Source: an uncultured virus (IMG/VR IMGVR_UViG_3300032288_004063) (lineage: Duplodnaviria; Heunggongvirae; Uroviricota; Caudoviricetes). From it: DNA of 64,000 nucleotides. The notes beneath the pieces are model-generated. The model had not been told where the DNA came from and did no database searches. It saw only the letters and a program-made list of their open reading frames with translations. The position numbers and the translations under genes were made by a program. Shown here in pieces: positions 10,741-21,075 of the stretch; position 1 is the stretch's first letter; each line of letters begins with the position of its first letter. Location: the IMG/VR virus record IMGVR_UViG_3300032288_004063; one strand, written 5' to 3'.

Positions 10741-11368
10741 TTGTCGTTACGTTCATGACCTTATTGATGCTACCCGATTGAGAATATGTAAAGTTTCCGC
10801 CATTTCCGGTATGCGTAATTGTAGCGGTGTGTGGAATCACAGGAGCTCCTGTTTGCGTGAAGCTTGTAGTGTTTGTATCGCCTGTAATATTCAATGTCAG
10901 CGTACCCGAAGCGGAATTCATTAACAATGTAGTTTGATTGCTATCTCCTGTTACGGTTGCATCTATTATCACATTGCTTTTCTTTATTGTTATGTCTGTA
11001 GTATTATTGTCGCCAATATTGTAGAACTTGGCATTGACGGAAGCACACGCATCTGTATTTCCTGCGTTGCACTTGAACTCCATGGTATTTGTACTACCCT
11101 CTTGTTTCAAGTCTACAGTATTGTTATTACCATTCAATTCAAAATTGAGTGTGTTTACTGCACCGTCTTGCATGATCGTTATATCGTTGTTGTCGCCATT
11201 GATTATTGCTGGCGTCGTTGATGAATTGACCTGATTCAATGCGCCATTTTGTTGCGTGATTGAAAGCGTCAATGCATCACCAAGTTGATCGATATAGATC
11301 TTGCTATCTGTTGCACTAGCGATGTTTGATAACAAAACCATGAACAATGCTGCCCATAGTTTCTTCAT
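10700..11368 (-). CDS. curlin-like repeat protein
   Basis: signal peptide; repeated Q.G..N / G..N beta-arch motifs; downstream of csgG. Confidence 0.7.
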   Translation of the reverse strand: MKKLWAALFMVLLSNIASATDSKIYIDQLGDALTLSITQQNGALNQVNSSTTPAIINGDNNDITIMQDGAVNTLNFELNGNNNTVDLKQEGSTNTMEFKCNAGNTDACASVNAKFYNIGDNNTTDITIKKSNVIIDATVTGDSNQTTLLMNSASGTLTLNITGDTNTTSFTQTGAPVIPHTATITHTGNGGNFTYSQSGSINKVMNVTTNGNNLTATITQSD

Positions 11369-12141
11369 TTATTTCCTTCCTTTCTTTTCCAAAGACCTTT
11401 TCTTTCGCCTTCTCTTATAGTCTCTATTATGCTTTGTTCTATCGCGGCCTTGACTGCGTAGTTTGTTGGTTCATTTACAGCAAGACCAGTTTCTATTTCA
11501 AATGCTCTTGTTCCCATGTCTACAAACTTTAGCGCATCGACTGATGTCTTTACGCTAAGAATTGTCTTTTGTATGGCTACCGATGTTAAAACTTCACCAG
11601 TTTGCACCGATATCAATCTTAGAAATACTGTAATGATGTCCTGTCTATATTGTGTAGAAACACCAACGCCAAGATATCTTGCACCAATTCCACCAGATGT
11701 TATGTTTGTATCATAGCTAATAATGCCGCCTTCAGCAATCAATCCTGCAAATAAAAGCGGACGAAGATCTTTTGCGCGTTCACCTTCAAATGCTTCACGA
11801 GCCGTACGAATAAGTTGGCGCTCCTTGATTAGATTGTCAAGACCAACACGCTCAACGACACGAAACCATTTTCCTTTACCAACATCTTGAAATCCCTTGA
11901 TCAACCAAGATTCAGCACCTTGTGTTACTGCCGTACTTAGATGAGCTACAGTTTCGCTTGGCTTTCTTTGACCTGTTCTGTCTAGAAATGAATATACAGC
12001 AACTATTAGCGGTTGACCATCTATTTCTTCAATCATATCAAACATGTTTTGTGCTTGAGATGGCATTGATTCTGGTTCAGTTACTTGCAATGGAGTCGTG
12101 CATCCAGCAAGCATTAGTAATGCGAGAATGTATTTTTTCAT
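11365..12141 (-). CDS. csgG: curli secretion channel CsgG
   Basis: lipobox LAGC; DRTGQRKP, STAVTQG, WFRVVER.GLDNLIKERQLIR, EGGIISYD. Confidence 0.95.
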   Translation of the reverse strand: MKKYILALLMLAGCTTPLQVTEPESMPSQAQNMFDMIEEIDGQPLIVAVYSFLDRTGQRKPSETVAHLSTAVTQGAESWLIKGFQDVGKGKWFRVVERVGLDNLIKERQLIRTAREAFEGERAKDLRPLLFAGLIAEGGIISYDTNITSGGIGARYLGVGVSTQYRQDIITVFLRLISVQTGEVLTSVAIQKTILSVKTSVDALKFVDMGTRAFEIETGLAVNEPTNYAVKAAIEQSIIETIREGERKGLWKRKEGNK

Positions 12142-12584
12142 CAGAACTTGAACTCGCCAATTGGAACTTCTACCGTCGTAGTATTTCCATTTGATTGAAC
12201 TATCGAAAGTGTTACTGCATCCGCTGTCTTGACAAAGGATATGGTATTTCCTTCGATAACGACGGAACCAGAATTGCTGGCATTTTCACCAAACATTGTA
12301 TCAACAAGTTGTTTGCTCAATTGAGCATAGATTCTACCTTCTACGTTGAGTAGAAACTTCGATAGATTTGAATTGTCTATCTTTCGCTGCTCGGCTTGTC
12401 TTCTTGCTTCTTCTTCAGCTTTTATCTTTTCGCGACGTTGAAATTCCATTGTTTCTATAGTTAGAACGTGCGAAGAATATCCTACACCACTAAATGAAGG
12501 ACTTTTGAAGTTGAATTGAAGATTATCGGCTAAAGCATTACCAGAAATCAACAAAAACATGACAAAGAAAGGTGCTTTTCTCAT
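12141..12584 (-). CDS. csgF: curli assembly factor CsgF
   Basis: signal peptide, F.FKSPSFSG motif, position directly upstream of csgG. Confidence 0.85.
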   Translation of the reverse strand: MRKAPFFVMFLLISGNALADNLQFNFKSPSFSGVGYSSHVLTIETMEFQRREKIKAEEEARRQAEQRKIDNSNLSKFLLNVEGRIYAQLSKQLVDTMFGENASNSGSVVIEGNTISFVKTADAVTLSIVQSNGNTTTVEVPIGEFKF

Positions 12585-12610
12585 GATGTCGAGTCCTTTC
12601 TTGCAATTAT

Positions 12611-12625
12611 TATTTAGGATAAATA
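12611..12625. promoter_or_regulatory. back-to-back T4-type late promoter variants (CCTAAATA on -, GATAAATA on +)
   Basis: TATTTAGGATAAATA between divergent csgF and the 891-aa ORF. Confidence 0.55.
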
Positions 12626-12652
12626 TTGATGTAACTACACATTTGGTGGGTA

Positions 12653-15328
12653 ATGAAGAACTATAGATCTTTTATATTGGAAGCTAAAACTAGAGGAACA
12701 AAACCTGCTGTAATGGCTTTTGGACGTATGAATCCTCCAACTACGGGTCATGCTAAACTAGTGGATAAAGTACGACAATTGGCACAACAGCACAATGCTC
12801 ATCATGAAGTCATAGTTTCTCATTCGCAGGATCCAAAAAAGAATCCTCTTACTCAAGCGCAAAAGATCAAGCATGTAAAAAGATATTTTCCAGGAACAAA
12901 TATTACAGGATCAAGTTCAGAACAGCCAAACTTTTTAGAACATGCAAAGAGACTACATCAAGCAGGACACGATCATCTAATTGTTGTTGCAGGATCGGAT
13001 CGCGTAAAAGAATATCATAAGATATTGCACAAGTATAATGGCACTCATCAAGGCGCACTATTCAATTTCAAGAAGATATCAGTAGTTTCCGCAGGTAGTA
13101 GAGATCCGGATGCCGAAGGAACAGAAGGTATGTCCGCATCAAAAATGCGCGAACATGCAAAGAGTGGAAACTTTGGTGAGTTTCGTAAAGGCGTTCCATC
13201 TCATGTATCAGATAAACATGCAAAAGAACTATATCATGATACGAGAAAAGGTATGGGACTAAACGAAGAAATCAATGAAGCTTGTTGGGATGGATATCAA
13301 CAAGTCGGCATGAAAAAGAAGAACGATAGAATGGTACCAAATTGCGTACCAGAAGAGAGTAGTGTTTTGAACAAACCGACAATGAGTCCTGAAGAAATTG
13401 CAAAGAAACATAAGGTAGATGTAAGTGAAATTGAAAAACAACTAAAAGTTGGGATTGGTGTAGAAAAAGAACACACCAAGAATGAAAAGACTGCAAGAGA
13501 AATTGCATTGGATCATCTTGGAGAGAATCCTAAGTATTATAAAAAGCTAAAGCAATATGTTGAATCCGTTGTCAAGATTGGCACATTAGTTCAAGATGAT
13601 TTTGGTGAAGTTGGTAAAGTTGTTTCATTGCGCGAAAATGCCATTGTATTCAATGTAATACAGACAGGCATGATGAAATCTGTCGAATATGAAAACATTG
13701 AAATATTGGAAGCTATTGGTCATATTGCTACAGGCGCGCCAGATTATTTCTTTGGCGGCGTGGCAGATGCTCCTAAGGATAAGCAAGAAGAGGCGGGTCA
13801 TTCTAAGCCTTCTCCTCAAGACAAAGACATTGGTGGAAAGAAGCATACGACACCAAGCAAATATTATCGTGGACTAGAAAAAGGAACAAAGGAAAAGCGT
13901 TATTCCGATTTTAGGCAAAAAGCTAAAAAAAGTTGGAAAGATCCTTCAGCCTATACTGATGCACCTGGTGACAAGGAAGCTAGAGAAAAAGATATACCTC
14001 AGTCCAAGCATACCAAGAAATATCACGCACTATATGATGAAAGAATAAATAATTCACAAATGAGGAATGATATGAACGAAGAAGCATCAAAAGGTTTAGC
14101 AGCAAAAGCCAAGAAGTCGGGTATTCCGTTATCGACTTTGAGAAAAGTTTATAATCGTGGAATGGCTGCATGGAGAAGTGGTCATAGACCAGGGACAACT
14201 CCTCAACAATGGGCAATGGCTCGTGTAAATTCATACATCACAAAAGGCAAGGGTACATATTATGGTGCTGATGCTGATCTAAGAAAAGAAAATGTATCAA
14301 CTGACTATACAGGAACTGGTTTGAATTACCCTTTTTATGGCACACTTGATAAAGTCGCTGTACATAATGAAAGCAAAGACATTGACAAGATGTTTGAAGA
14401 GTTCTTGGAAGAAAATGTACATGCACTTGATACAAATATGGAATCGCATTTATTTGGAACAAATGCTGCAAGAAAAGCAGCAGAACAAATGACACCAGGT
14501 GAACCGGGATATGTGGGACAAAATAAAAAATTACCTGACTCAGCCTATCATTCTAGAGAAGGCGAAGAAGCCAATCAAAAAGAAAAGAAGACTAAAAAGG
14601 GCCAAGAAGAAGACTACGCGGGTGCGGATTATAACTCCAGACTCTCCGGAGCGCCAAGAGCCGTAGGTGGATTGGGTGGTGCATATAGTATTGGTATTCA
14701 AGAAAATATGCTTCCAAATGTACCATCAATTCGTGCATGGGCATTGAAAGAGGCAACACAGAAAAACTTTATTGAAAGATACGGCGATCATGCAGCTGAA
14801 AAATTGATTGAGGCAGCACATCGCATGACAAATGCAAAATCATCCTTTGTAAGCTTTAGAAAAAAGCTGGATGAAGCTGATTATGCGCCACAGGCATTTT
14901 CCATGGGTTCTGGTTCGGGTCCCGTACTAAGTCCGCCAGAGACAGGCTATGCAAAGCAAGCATTCGGTGAAAGCAAGAAAAAGCCAAAGATGGAAAAGGT
15001 AAATGAGGATGAAGTTACATTTCATTGCGAAGAAGACGAGCTAATCGAAACTCTGCAGTGGGATGAAGAAACACATCCGATAGAAGAAGCAGAATATCAA
15101 GGCAAAAAAGTTCCTCTTGGCAAACCAATGAAAGGTGATGTCAAGAAGTCGAAAGTTTACGTCAAGGGACCAAGTGGTCGTGTAGTCAAGGTAAACTTTG
15201 GCGACAAGAACATGACAATCAAGAAAAACATTCCAGCTCGTAGAAAATCATTTAGAGCAAGACATCATTGCGATACGAATCCTGGACCTAGATGGAAGGC
15301 ACGCTACTGGTCGTGCAGGGCATGGTAA
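12653..15328 (+). CDS. cytidylyltransferase-like domain fused to several small phage modules (probable head-packaged polyprotein)
   Basis: FGRMNPPTTGH, AGSDRV, MSASKMR; later modules separated by (I/L/V)xE-A/E sites; leader MKNYRSFILEA. Confidence 0.8.
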   Translation: MKNYRSFILEAKTRGTKPAVMAFGRMNPPTTGHAKLVDKVRQLAQQHNAHHEVIVSHSQDPKKNPLTQAQKIKHVKRYFPGTNITGSSSEQPNFLEHAKRLHQAGHDHLIVVAGSDRVKEYHKILHKYNGTHQGALFNFKKISVVSAGSRDPDAEGTEGMSASKMREHAKSGNFGEFRKGVPSHVSDKHAKELYHDTRKGMGLNEEINEACWDGYQQVGMKKKNDRMVPNCVPEESSVLNKPTMSPEEIAKKHKVDVSEIEKQLKVGIGVEKEHTKNEKTAREIALDHLGENPKYYKKLKQYVESVVKIGTLVQDDFGEVGKVVSLRENAIVFNVIQTGMMKSVEYENIEILEAIGHIATGAPDYFFGGVADAPKDKQEEAGHSKPSPQDKDIGGKKHTTPSKYYRGLEKGTKEKRYSDFRQKAKKSWKDPSAYTDAPGDKEAREKDIPQSKHTKKYHALYDERINNSQMRNDMNEEASKGLAAKAKKSGIPLSTLRKVYNRGMAAWRSGHRPGTTPQQWAMARVNSYITKGKGTYYGADADLRKENVSTDYTGTGLNYPFYGTLDKVAVHNESKDIDKMFEEFLEENVHALDTNMESHLFGTNAARKAAEQMTPGEPGYVGQNKKLPDSAYHSREGEEANQKEKKTKKGQEEDYAGADYNSRLSGAPRAVGGLGGAYSIGIQENMLPNVPSIRAWALKEATQKNFIERYGDHAAEKLIEAAHRMTNAKSSFVSFRKKLDEADYAPQAFSMGSGSGPVLSPPETGYAKQAFGESKKKPKMEKVNEDEVTFHCEEDELIETLQWDEETHPIEEAEYQGKKVPLGKPMKGDVKKSKVYVKGPSGRVVKVNFGDKNMTIKKNIPARRKSFRARHHCDTNPGPRWKARYWSCRAW

Positions 15329-15329
15329 A

Positions 15330-15569
15330 ATGAAAAAATTCACACAATTCATGATAGAAGCTTCTGGCAACAATGATGACGATTATGATGAATATCGTGG
15401 TCAGATGGCTCGCACACAATTGATGTCTTTGTCTGATAAGGCAAAAGAATTAGCTGTTCAGATCAAAGATGATACGCAATTGGAAGCATGGGTCGAGTCA
15501 AAGATTACTCTTGCTGAAGACTATATTCAAACCGTTTACGATTATCTAAAATATAATAAGAAGGACTAA
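15330..15569 (+). CDS. small protein with capsid-targeting-like leader
   Basis: MKKFTQFMIEA; LEAWVESKITLAEDY. Confidence 0.7.
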   Translation: MKKFTQFMIEASGNNDDDYDEYRGQMARTQLMSLSDKAKELAVQIKDDTQLEAWVESKITLAEDYIQTVYDYLKYNKKD

Positions 15570-15574
15570 TAAGG

Positions 15575-17272
15575 ATGTTCACGAAAAAGTTCAATAATCT
15601 ATCTGATAGTTTGATTGAAGCTGCAGCAAAGGCGCTTGCAAATTCAATTGTCAATGAAGCATCTAACGAAACACCAACAATCAATCATTTGGAACTTTCC
15701 GAAGAAGAGATAAATGAATTGAGTCCGGCAGCACTTCAAAAATACAAAGCTGTAAGTAGAGAGCGTATGAGAGATCAAGGTGTGGTTGGTAAAGAATTAC
15801 AGAAGAGACAGACTGGTTATTCTACGGCTACAAAGAAATTGTCGGGTGATGCAAAAGTTGGTGCAAAAGAGCCAGAAAAGAAGCCTGAGCCGTCATTTGG
15901 CGTCAAGTTTGGTAAGATTACACCAAAGACTCCATATTCAAAAACAAATACCATGATCAAGGAGCCTCCACAGAGAGGCGCTAGCTCTATGCCACAGAAG
16001 GCTGCAGCTTCTCCTATGAAGGAAGAAGAAGAGGCAGAACTATCACCAAAGCAGAAGAAGATTGCACAAGTATCACATCCAAAGGATGAGATTGATGCAG
16101 GTGATTTTGCTAAACTACGTGCAGGACACAAGATTTCTGAAGGAAGAAAGCCAAAAGATGGCGGAGATCCTGGCGATGAAGGCTCTTATGTAGATCCTGA
16201 GACCGGAGAAAAGAGCGCACCTCCAAAGAAACATATCATGAATCAGCTAAGACAAGCTGCACAGTCAATGAAAGCACAGCATCCAGTAACATATGCTGAC
16301 GGTTCAACGCATAATGTTCCGAAGCACGTGGCTAAAGCTTTGGTCAATGCGTATCAAGATCCTAGAAAGAAGCCGTATGAAAGAGAAGCAATGCAGGCTA
16401 AGATTGGTCAATCTCATAAAGAATTGATGCAGCATCATTCAGAGCTAAATGAAGATTCATATAATCCAAAACTATCTCATAAGGGCAAAATGCTTGATGA
16501 AGTGCCTGTTGAAACAATGAAACAGGTCAAAATGGTCAATCAGGAAGAAGCTGAAGAAGAACCACCATTTGAGCCGACCAAGAAAGTAAATTGGAGAGCA
16601 AGTAAGCAATCTCGTGCAAAGTGGCTTGCAAAGACTGCAATGGAAAAGATGAAAAAGAAGAGTATGAAGAAAGAAGAAGCTGTAAAGCCTGGCGCACAAT
16701 ATGCAAAGAAGGTTTCTATTCCCGAAGAGGAACAAATTGATGAAATTAGTTCGGCTCTTGTAAATAGAGCTAGAATAGAAGCTCAACGAAGAGCAGATCT
16801 TGCTCAAGATAGTGGTCATATGGGAGCAGCATATCAATTACAGCAACAGGCAGATAGATTAGAACGTGCTCAAAGCCGCAAGGCAGATGACGAAGCTATG
16901 AGTCCGGCAAAGGCAAGAAGAGCACGTCGGGAACGTGAAGCTCTTGCCCAGCAAATGTCTCGTAGAAATCGTACTAAGCCAAAGTCTACAAAGAAAATAC
17001 GTTCAGAAGAAGTAAACGAAGAGCAGATTGTTGAGCGCGAAATGACATCTGATGAGAAGGCAAAGCGCGAAAAGATTGTTATGGCACTCAAGAAAAAGAT
17101 GGCAGGATTCAAGGAACGTTATGGTTCTAGAGCCAAGGATGTCATGTATGCAACTGCAACAAAGCAGGCTATGAAAGAAGAAGAGACCTCAGATGGACCA
17201 AAGGATGGTGTTAAAATCAATCCTCCCATGAGTACTAAAGAGGGTATTGGTATAAAGTCAACAACCACCTGA
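15575..17272 (+). CDS. charged modular protein, putative internal head protein
   Basis: repeated EEINE/EQIDE/EEVNE junctions; K/E-rich. Confidence 0.7.
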   Translation: MFTKKFNNLSDSLIEAAAKALANSIVNEASNETPTINHLELSEEEINELSPAALQKYKAVSRERMRDQGVVGKELQKRQTGYSTATKKLSGDAKVGAKEPEKKPEPSFGVKFGKITPKTPYSKTNTMIKEPPQRGASSMPQKAAASPMKEEEEAELSPKQKKIAQVSHPKDEIDAGDFAKLRAGHKISEGRKPKDGGDPGDEGSYVDPETGEKSAPPKKHIMNQLRQAAQSMKAQHPVTYADGSTHNVPKHVAKALVNAYQDPRKKPYEREAMQAKIGQSHKELMQHHSELNEDSYNPKLSHKGKMLDEVPVETMKQVKMVNQEEAEEEPPFEPTKKVNWRASKQSRAKWLAKTAMEKMKKKSMKKEEAVKPGAQYAKKVSIPEEEQIDEISSALVNRARIEAQRRADLAQDSGHMGAAYQLQQQADRLERAQSRKADDEAMSPAKARRARREREALAQQMSRRNRTKPKSTKKIRSEEVNEEQIVEREMTSDEKAKREKIVMALKKKMAGFKERYGSRAKDVMYATATKQAMKEEETSDGPKDGVKINPPMSTKEGIGIKSTTT

Positions 17273-17273
17273 T

Positions 17274-17281
17274 TATAAATA
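17274..17281 (+). promoter_or_regulatory. T4-type late promoter TATAAATA
   Basis: exact consensus upstream of AAGGAG RBS and a structural-type gene. Confidence 0.8.
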
Positions 17282-17308
17282 TAATAAAGATAAACAAGGA
17301 GAACAACA

Positions 17309-17899
17309 ATGGCCCTATGGGGAGCAACAGATAATTCAGCAAATGCACCAAAATGGACTGTACTTAGCGGTCTTGGTTCATCTGCAAACGGTTTCACCGC
17401 ATATCAGAACGTACAAACTTCAGCATTTGTAAGCGGTGCACAGTTGGGTATTGAAGGTGTCAATACTGTAGAAATTGCAGATACAACCTTACAAAATTCA
17501 AACGGAGCAGGTTTTGGTAAAGCTGCGCACACCGGATGGAACTTGAGAAAGCAAGGAACAGGATATGTTTCTAGCGTCTCTATTTCTAGCGGTGGTCAGG
17601 GATATAATGCCAATGCTTATATCATCTTTACTGGCGGTGGCGGAATTAGTGGTAGCAATGCAAATGCAAGTTACACAATTGCGAATTCATTGAATTCATC
17701 TCAGACATTTTCATCAAATGCACTACAAAATACTATTGTCACAGTAACACTAAATTCACCAGGTTCAAATTATACATCAGCACCAACTGCCACAGCACAA
17801 GGTGGAAATATCTCTGCTGCAACGTTCACAGTAACAATGGGCGGTCGTGTTGGTCGTGTACAGTTTGAAACACTTGTGGCATTGAATAACGTAGCATAA
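17309..17899 (+). CDS. putative virion structural protein
   Basis: MALWG..D start, H.GW, GGQGY/PGSNYTSAPT repeats, ETLVAL end; late promoter. Confidence 0.75.
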   Translation: MALWGATDNSANAPKWTVLSGLGSSANGFTAYQNVQTSAFVSGAQLGIEGVNTVEIADTTLQNSNGAGFGKAAHTGWNLRKQGTGYVSSVSISSGGQGYNANAYIIFTGGGGISGSNANASYTIANSLNSSQTFSSNALQNTIVTVTLNSPGSNYTSAPTATAQGGNISAATFTVTMGGRVGRVQFETLVALNNVA

Positions 17900-17912
17900 T
17901 AGGAATATACAA

Positions 17913-19586
17913 ATGAAAGTATTCTCGTTCAAGCAATTCCTGGAAGAAGAAGATAGCAAAGCTATCGTTCAAACAGGCATCAATTCCAAGGGATTGGATA
18001 ATAGTGTAACAAGAGAAATCATCAATTCTCGTCTAGTAGCAGCAACAAATCATGCATATTTGACACCATACATTGCTCTAGGTAACATTGCACGTATTTT
18101 AGCGTATGTTGGTATTGTTGTTCCACAATATACGTTCTTGGATAGAGAAGAAGGTGAAGTAGTATTTGATGCACCTCAGTTTGGTCAAGTTGCTGGTGTG
18201 AACATTGATGGTACACCAGCAATACCAAAAACACAATATTTCATTTATTTCTCATATGCAATGAATGAAGATGGATATTATGATTGCTTTGCCGCACTTG
18301 TTGACATTGATGAACTAGACAATATCATGGATGAGGGTGAAGATACAGATCCTGACGAAGTTCATAATGCACAGAAACTTGGTGAAGAATCAGTTAATGA
18401 AGAGGATCATGAGGACGAAGATAAAAAAAAAGTAAATGAGGAGATGCATCCAAGACAAAAGATTCCTAATGGAGCTTTTGTAAAGGTCACAAATTCTAGA
18501 GATTCAAATAGACACGAGGTCGTTGATTTTGAGCCCGGTGAGCATCCTGCTCAGGATACATATTACACAGTTACACATCTTCGCAAGCCAGGTAGTAGAA
18601 CTAAGTTTACACGATCTCCTCCCAAAAAGTATGATAATCCAGGAATCCCAGATCTTCCTGGAATTCCTCGAGCCGCAGCACAGATTCATAAACTAAATCC
18701 GTCAAATACAACAAATGAAGAGCATCTTCATGAAAAAATGGATTGGGAAGAGAAACAGGGTACATCAATACCCCATCTTGATCAACCAACTTTAAAAGCA
18801 CATAAAGATGCTGCTGATTGGCATACAGAGCGTTATAAAGCTGCCATGAAATATGGAAACACCAGAGAGGAGTTGTTTCATAGAAGAAGAATGGTTCATC
18901 ACAACGGCATGGTCCATACTATGGAAAGACAAGGCTTTAGGGACAAGGAAGAAGTGAATGAAGTTAGTTCAAAAACTCTTCAATCTTACAAGTCTAAGGC
19001 ATTGAATCAAGTTGATGATATGTCAAAAGACTTGAGGGGTAAATATATGAATCAAGTGGATCCTGAAAAATTACGTAGAAGAGCATCAGGAATACAACTA
19101 TCTCAGAAAAAATTAAAAGGAACAGCCAAAATAGGTGCTACGCACGAAGAAGTTGAATCCATTGATGAAAGAAAATCATCTGATCCAAAAGGTTTGGCAT
19201 ATAAAGTAACAGCAGCAAGTCATGCTGCACATCCTGAATGGGGTCCTGCTGATCATACAAAAGATCCAAAGACTCATTTTGGAACTGCTGCTACAAGAAG
19301 TTCCACACTTGCTGCAGTAAGAGCAATTAGAGGAAATCGTAATTTTGATGCAAATAATCCAAGTCATGTAGATGCAGCTGCAAAAGCAGTTCACGGTTCT
19401 CCAGAAGATCATGGCGGAAAGCCAAAAGGATGGTCGCAGACAGCAATGACTCATTCTGGACAAACACCAGAACAAAAAGAACGTAGAGCAAAACTAACAG
19501 GACCTTATAGTGGACTATCTGATGATGAAAAAGAAAAGGATAGAGAAATCGTTAGAACAGTTGCATCAAATATAAAAAAAAAGTAA
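17913..19586 (+). CDS. modular putative internal head protein with C-terminal RyR-repeat-like segment
   Basis: leader MKVFSFKQFLEEE; VNEE junctions; PYSGLSDDEKEKDR. Confidence 0.65.
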   Translation: MKVFSFKQFLEEEDSKAIVQTGINSKGLDNSVTREIINSRLVAATNHAYLTPYIALGNIARILAYVGIVVPQYTFLDREEGEVVFDAPQFGQVAGVNIDGTPAIPKTQYFIYFSYAMNEDGYYDCFAALVDIDELDNIMDEGEDTDPDEVHNAQKLGEESVNEEDHEDEDKKKVNEEMHPRQKIPNGAFVKVTNSRDSNRHEVVDFEPGEHPAQDTYYTVTHLRKPGSRTKFTRSPPKKYDNPGIPDLPGIPRAAAQIHKLNPSNTTNEEHLHEKMDWEEKQGTSIPHLDQPTLKAHKDAADWHTERYKAAMKYGNTREELFHRRRMVHHNGMVHTMERQGFRDKEEVNEVSSKTLQSYKSKALNQVDDMSKDLRGKYMNQVDPEKLRRRASGIQLSQKKLKGTAKIGATHEEVESIDERKSSDPKGLAYKVTAASHAAHPEWGPADHTKDPKTHFGTAATRSSTLAAVRAIRGNRNFDANNPSHVDAAAKAVHGSPEDHGGKPKGWSQTAMTHSGQTPEQKERRAKLTGPYSGLSDDEKEKDREIVRTVASNIKKK

Positions 19587-19660
19587 GTGAACAATCTCCA
19601 GAAGAAATAACACATAAAGAATATTCAACTTGGAGAGATATACAGACGCAATAACATGTA

Positions 19661-20047
19661 ATGATAGATGATTTGAATGATGAAACTTTCATGATATATG
19701 CAATCAAAGCTTATGACAAACCAAATTGTGTCATGAGTGAATTCTACGAAGATTTGAAAAGAATCAAGTATGTAAAAAGATTGTTCATAAAATATCATAA
19801 AAGCAAAGAAATAAAAGAGCGACTTATAATAAATCACTTGATAGTTTTATATAATGTATTTGGTGCAACAGCGGCAACAAGAATATTATTTTATAAAATT
19901 GATCAAAAGTATTATTCAATATTGAAAACATTTTTAATATTCTTGAATTATATGCCCAAAGTGATTACAAAAGTTAGAGGCAAGACAATTCGTACAACCG
20001 AAATACCTGTAGATCTAAAACTGGCAGAGATATTGAGAAAACAATAA
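19661..20047 (+). CDS. conserved T4-like phage hypothetical protein
   Basis: EFYEDLKRIKYVKRL...ERLIINHLIVLYNVFG. Confidence 0.75.
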   Translation: MIDDLNDETFMIYAIKAYDKPNCVMSEFYEDLKRIKYVKRLFIKYHKSKEIKERLIINHLIVLYNVFGATAATRILFYKIDQKYYSILKTFLIFLNYMPKVITKVRGKTIRTTEIPVDLKLAEILRKQ

Positions 20048-21075
20048 TGAACATACAAGAAAACAATCTGCATGTTTTTGACATAGATGACACTCTTTTT
20101 CATACAAATGCAAAAGTAAAAGTCGTTGATCATCAAGGTAAAGTAGTTCAAAAACTTTCCAATTCAGAATTCAATGATCACAAACTACCACATGGCCATT
20201 CATACGACTTCTCTGAATTTAGATCGGCCGATAAATTTCGCGATGAATCAAAACCTATTCCAAAAATGTTGAATAAGCTAAAAGCTATTCATTCAAACAT
20301 AAAAAAGAATCCGGGATCTAAATCTCGCGTCATCATGAATACTGCGCGGGCAGACTTTGACGACAAGAATAAATTCCTAAGTACATTTCGCAAGCAAAAT
20401 GTAGATATTGATGACATACACGTTCATCGTGCAGGAAATATTGAAGGTGATGAACTGCCAGCAGTAAAGAAAGTAAAGATAATAAAGAAACATCTAGAAT
20501 CTGGCAAATACAAACACGTTCATATGTACGATGATAGCACGACAAATCTGCATCATTTTCTTGCCATGAAGAAAGATCATCCTGACGTTCAGTTTCATGC
20601 ACATCATGTGCAACCAGATGGCACAACACGAAAGTTTATTTCCAATCCTAAACTAGAAGAAGACGCTCCAGCAAATGCCGCAGGTGGTGGTGCCATTGCA
20701 GGCATTGGAGTTGGTCCACAAGGTGAACCTGGTGTACAACCAGGAACACAACAAAATATTCTTGCAAGAATGCTTCGTCGCAAGGCATTAAAAGAACCCA
20801 AGCAAGAAGAAAAGATACAAAAAGTCAACGAAGCAACGTTTGCGGGACAAGAAGTATTCGTTGTTCCAACACAGTATTATCACAATTGTCGAGAAGGAAA
20901 GAATCGATATCATAGCTATGAAAGATATGTGGGTAATGATGAAATAGGCGAAACAATCAGAAAGTATGGTAGAGACAGAAAGAATCGCAAGAAGCCAATC
21001 ATCGTTCAAGATGAAAGAACTGGTGCGATGATGTATCTACGATACGGCGGAAAATATAGAAAGGATCGCACATGA
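20047..21075 (+). CDS. HAD-superfamily hydrolase with C-terminal extra modules
   Basis: FDIDDTL motif I, TAR, YDD; then LEEDAPANAAGGG and VNEA junctions. Confidence 0.8.
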   Translation: MNIQENNLHVFDIDDTLFHTNAKVKVVDHQGKVVQKLSNSEFNDHKLPHGHSYDFSEFRSADKFRDESKPIPKMLNKLKAIHSNIKKNPGSKSRVIMNTARADFDDKNKFLSTFRKQNVDIDDIHVHRAGNIEGDELPAVKKVKIIKKHLESGKYKHVHMYDDSTTNLHHFLAMKKDHPDVQFHAHHVQPDGTTRKFISNPKLEEDAPANAAGGGAIAGIGVGPQGEPGVQPGTQQNILARMLRRKALKEPKQEEKIQKVNEATFAGQEVFVVPTQYYHNCREGKNRYHSYERYVGNDEIGETIRKYGRDRKNRKKPIIVQDERTGAMMYLRYGGKYRKDRT

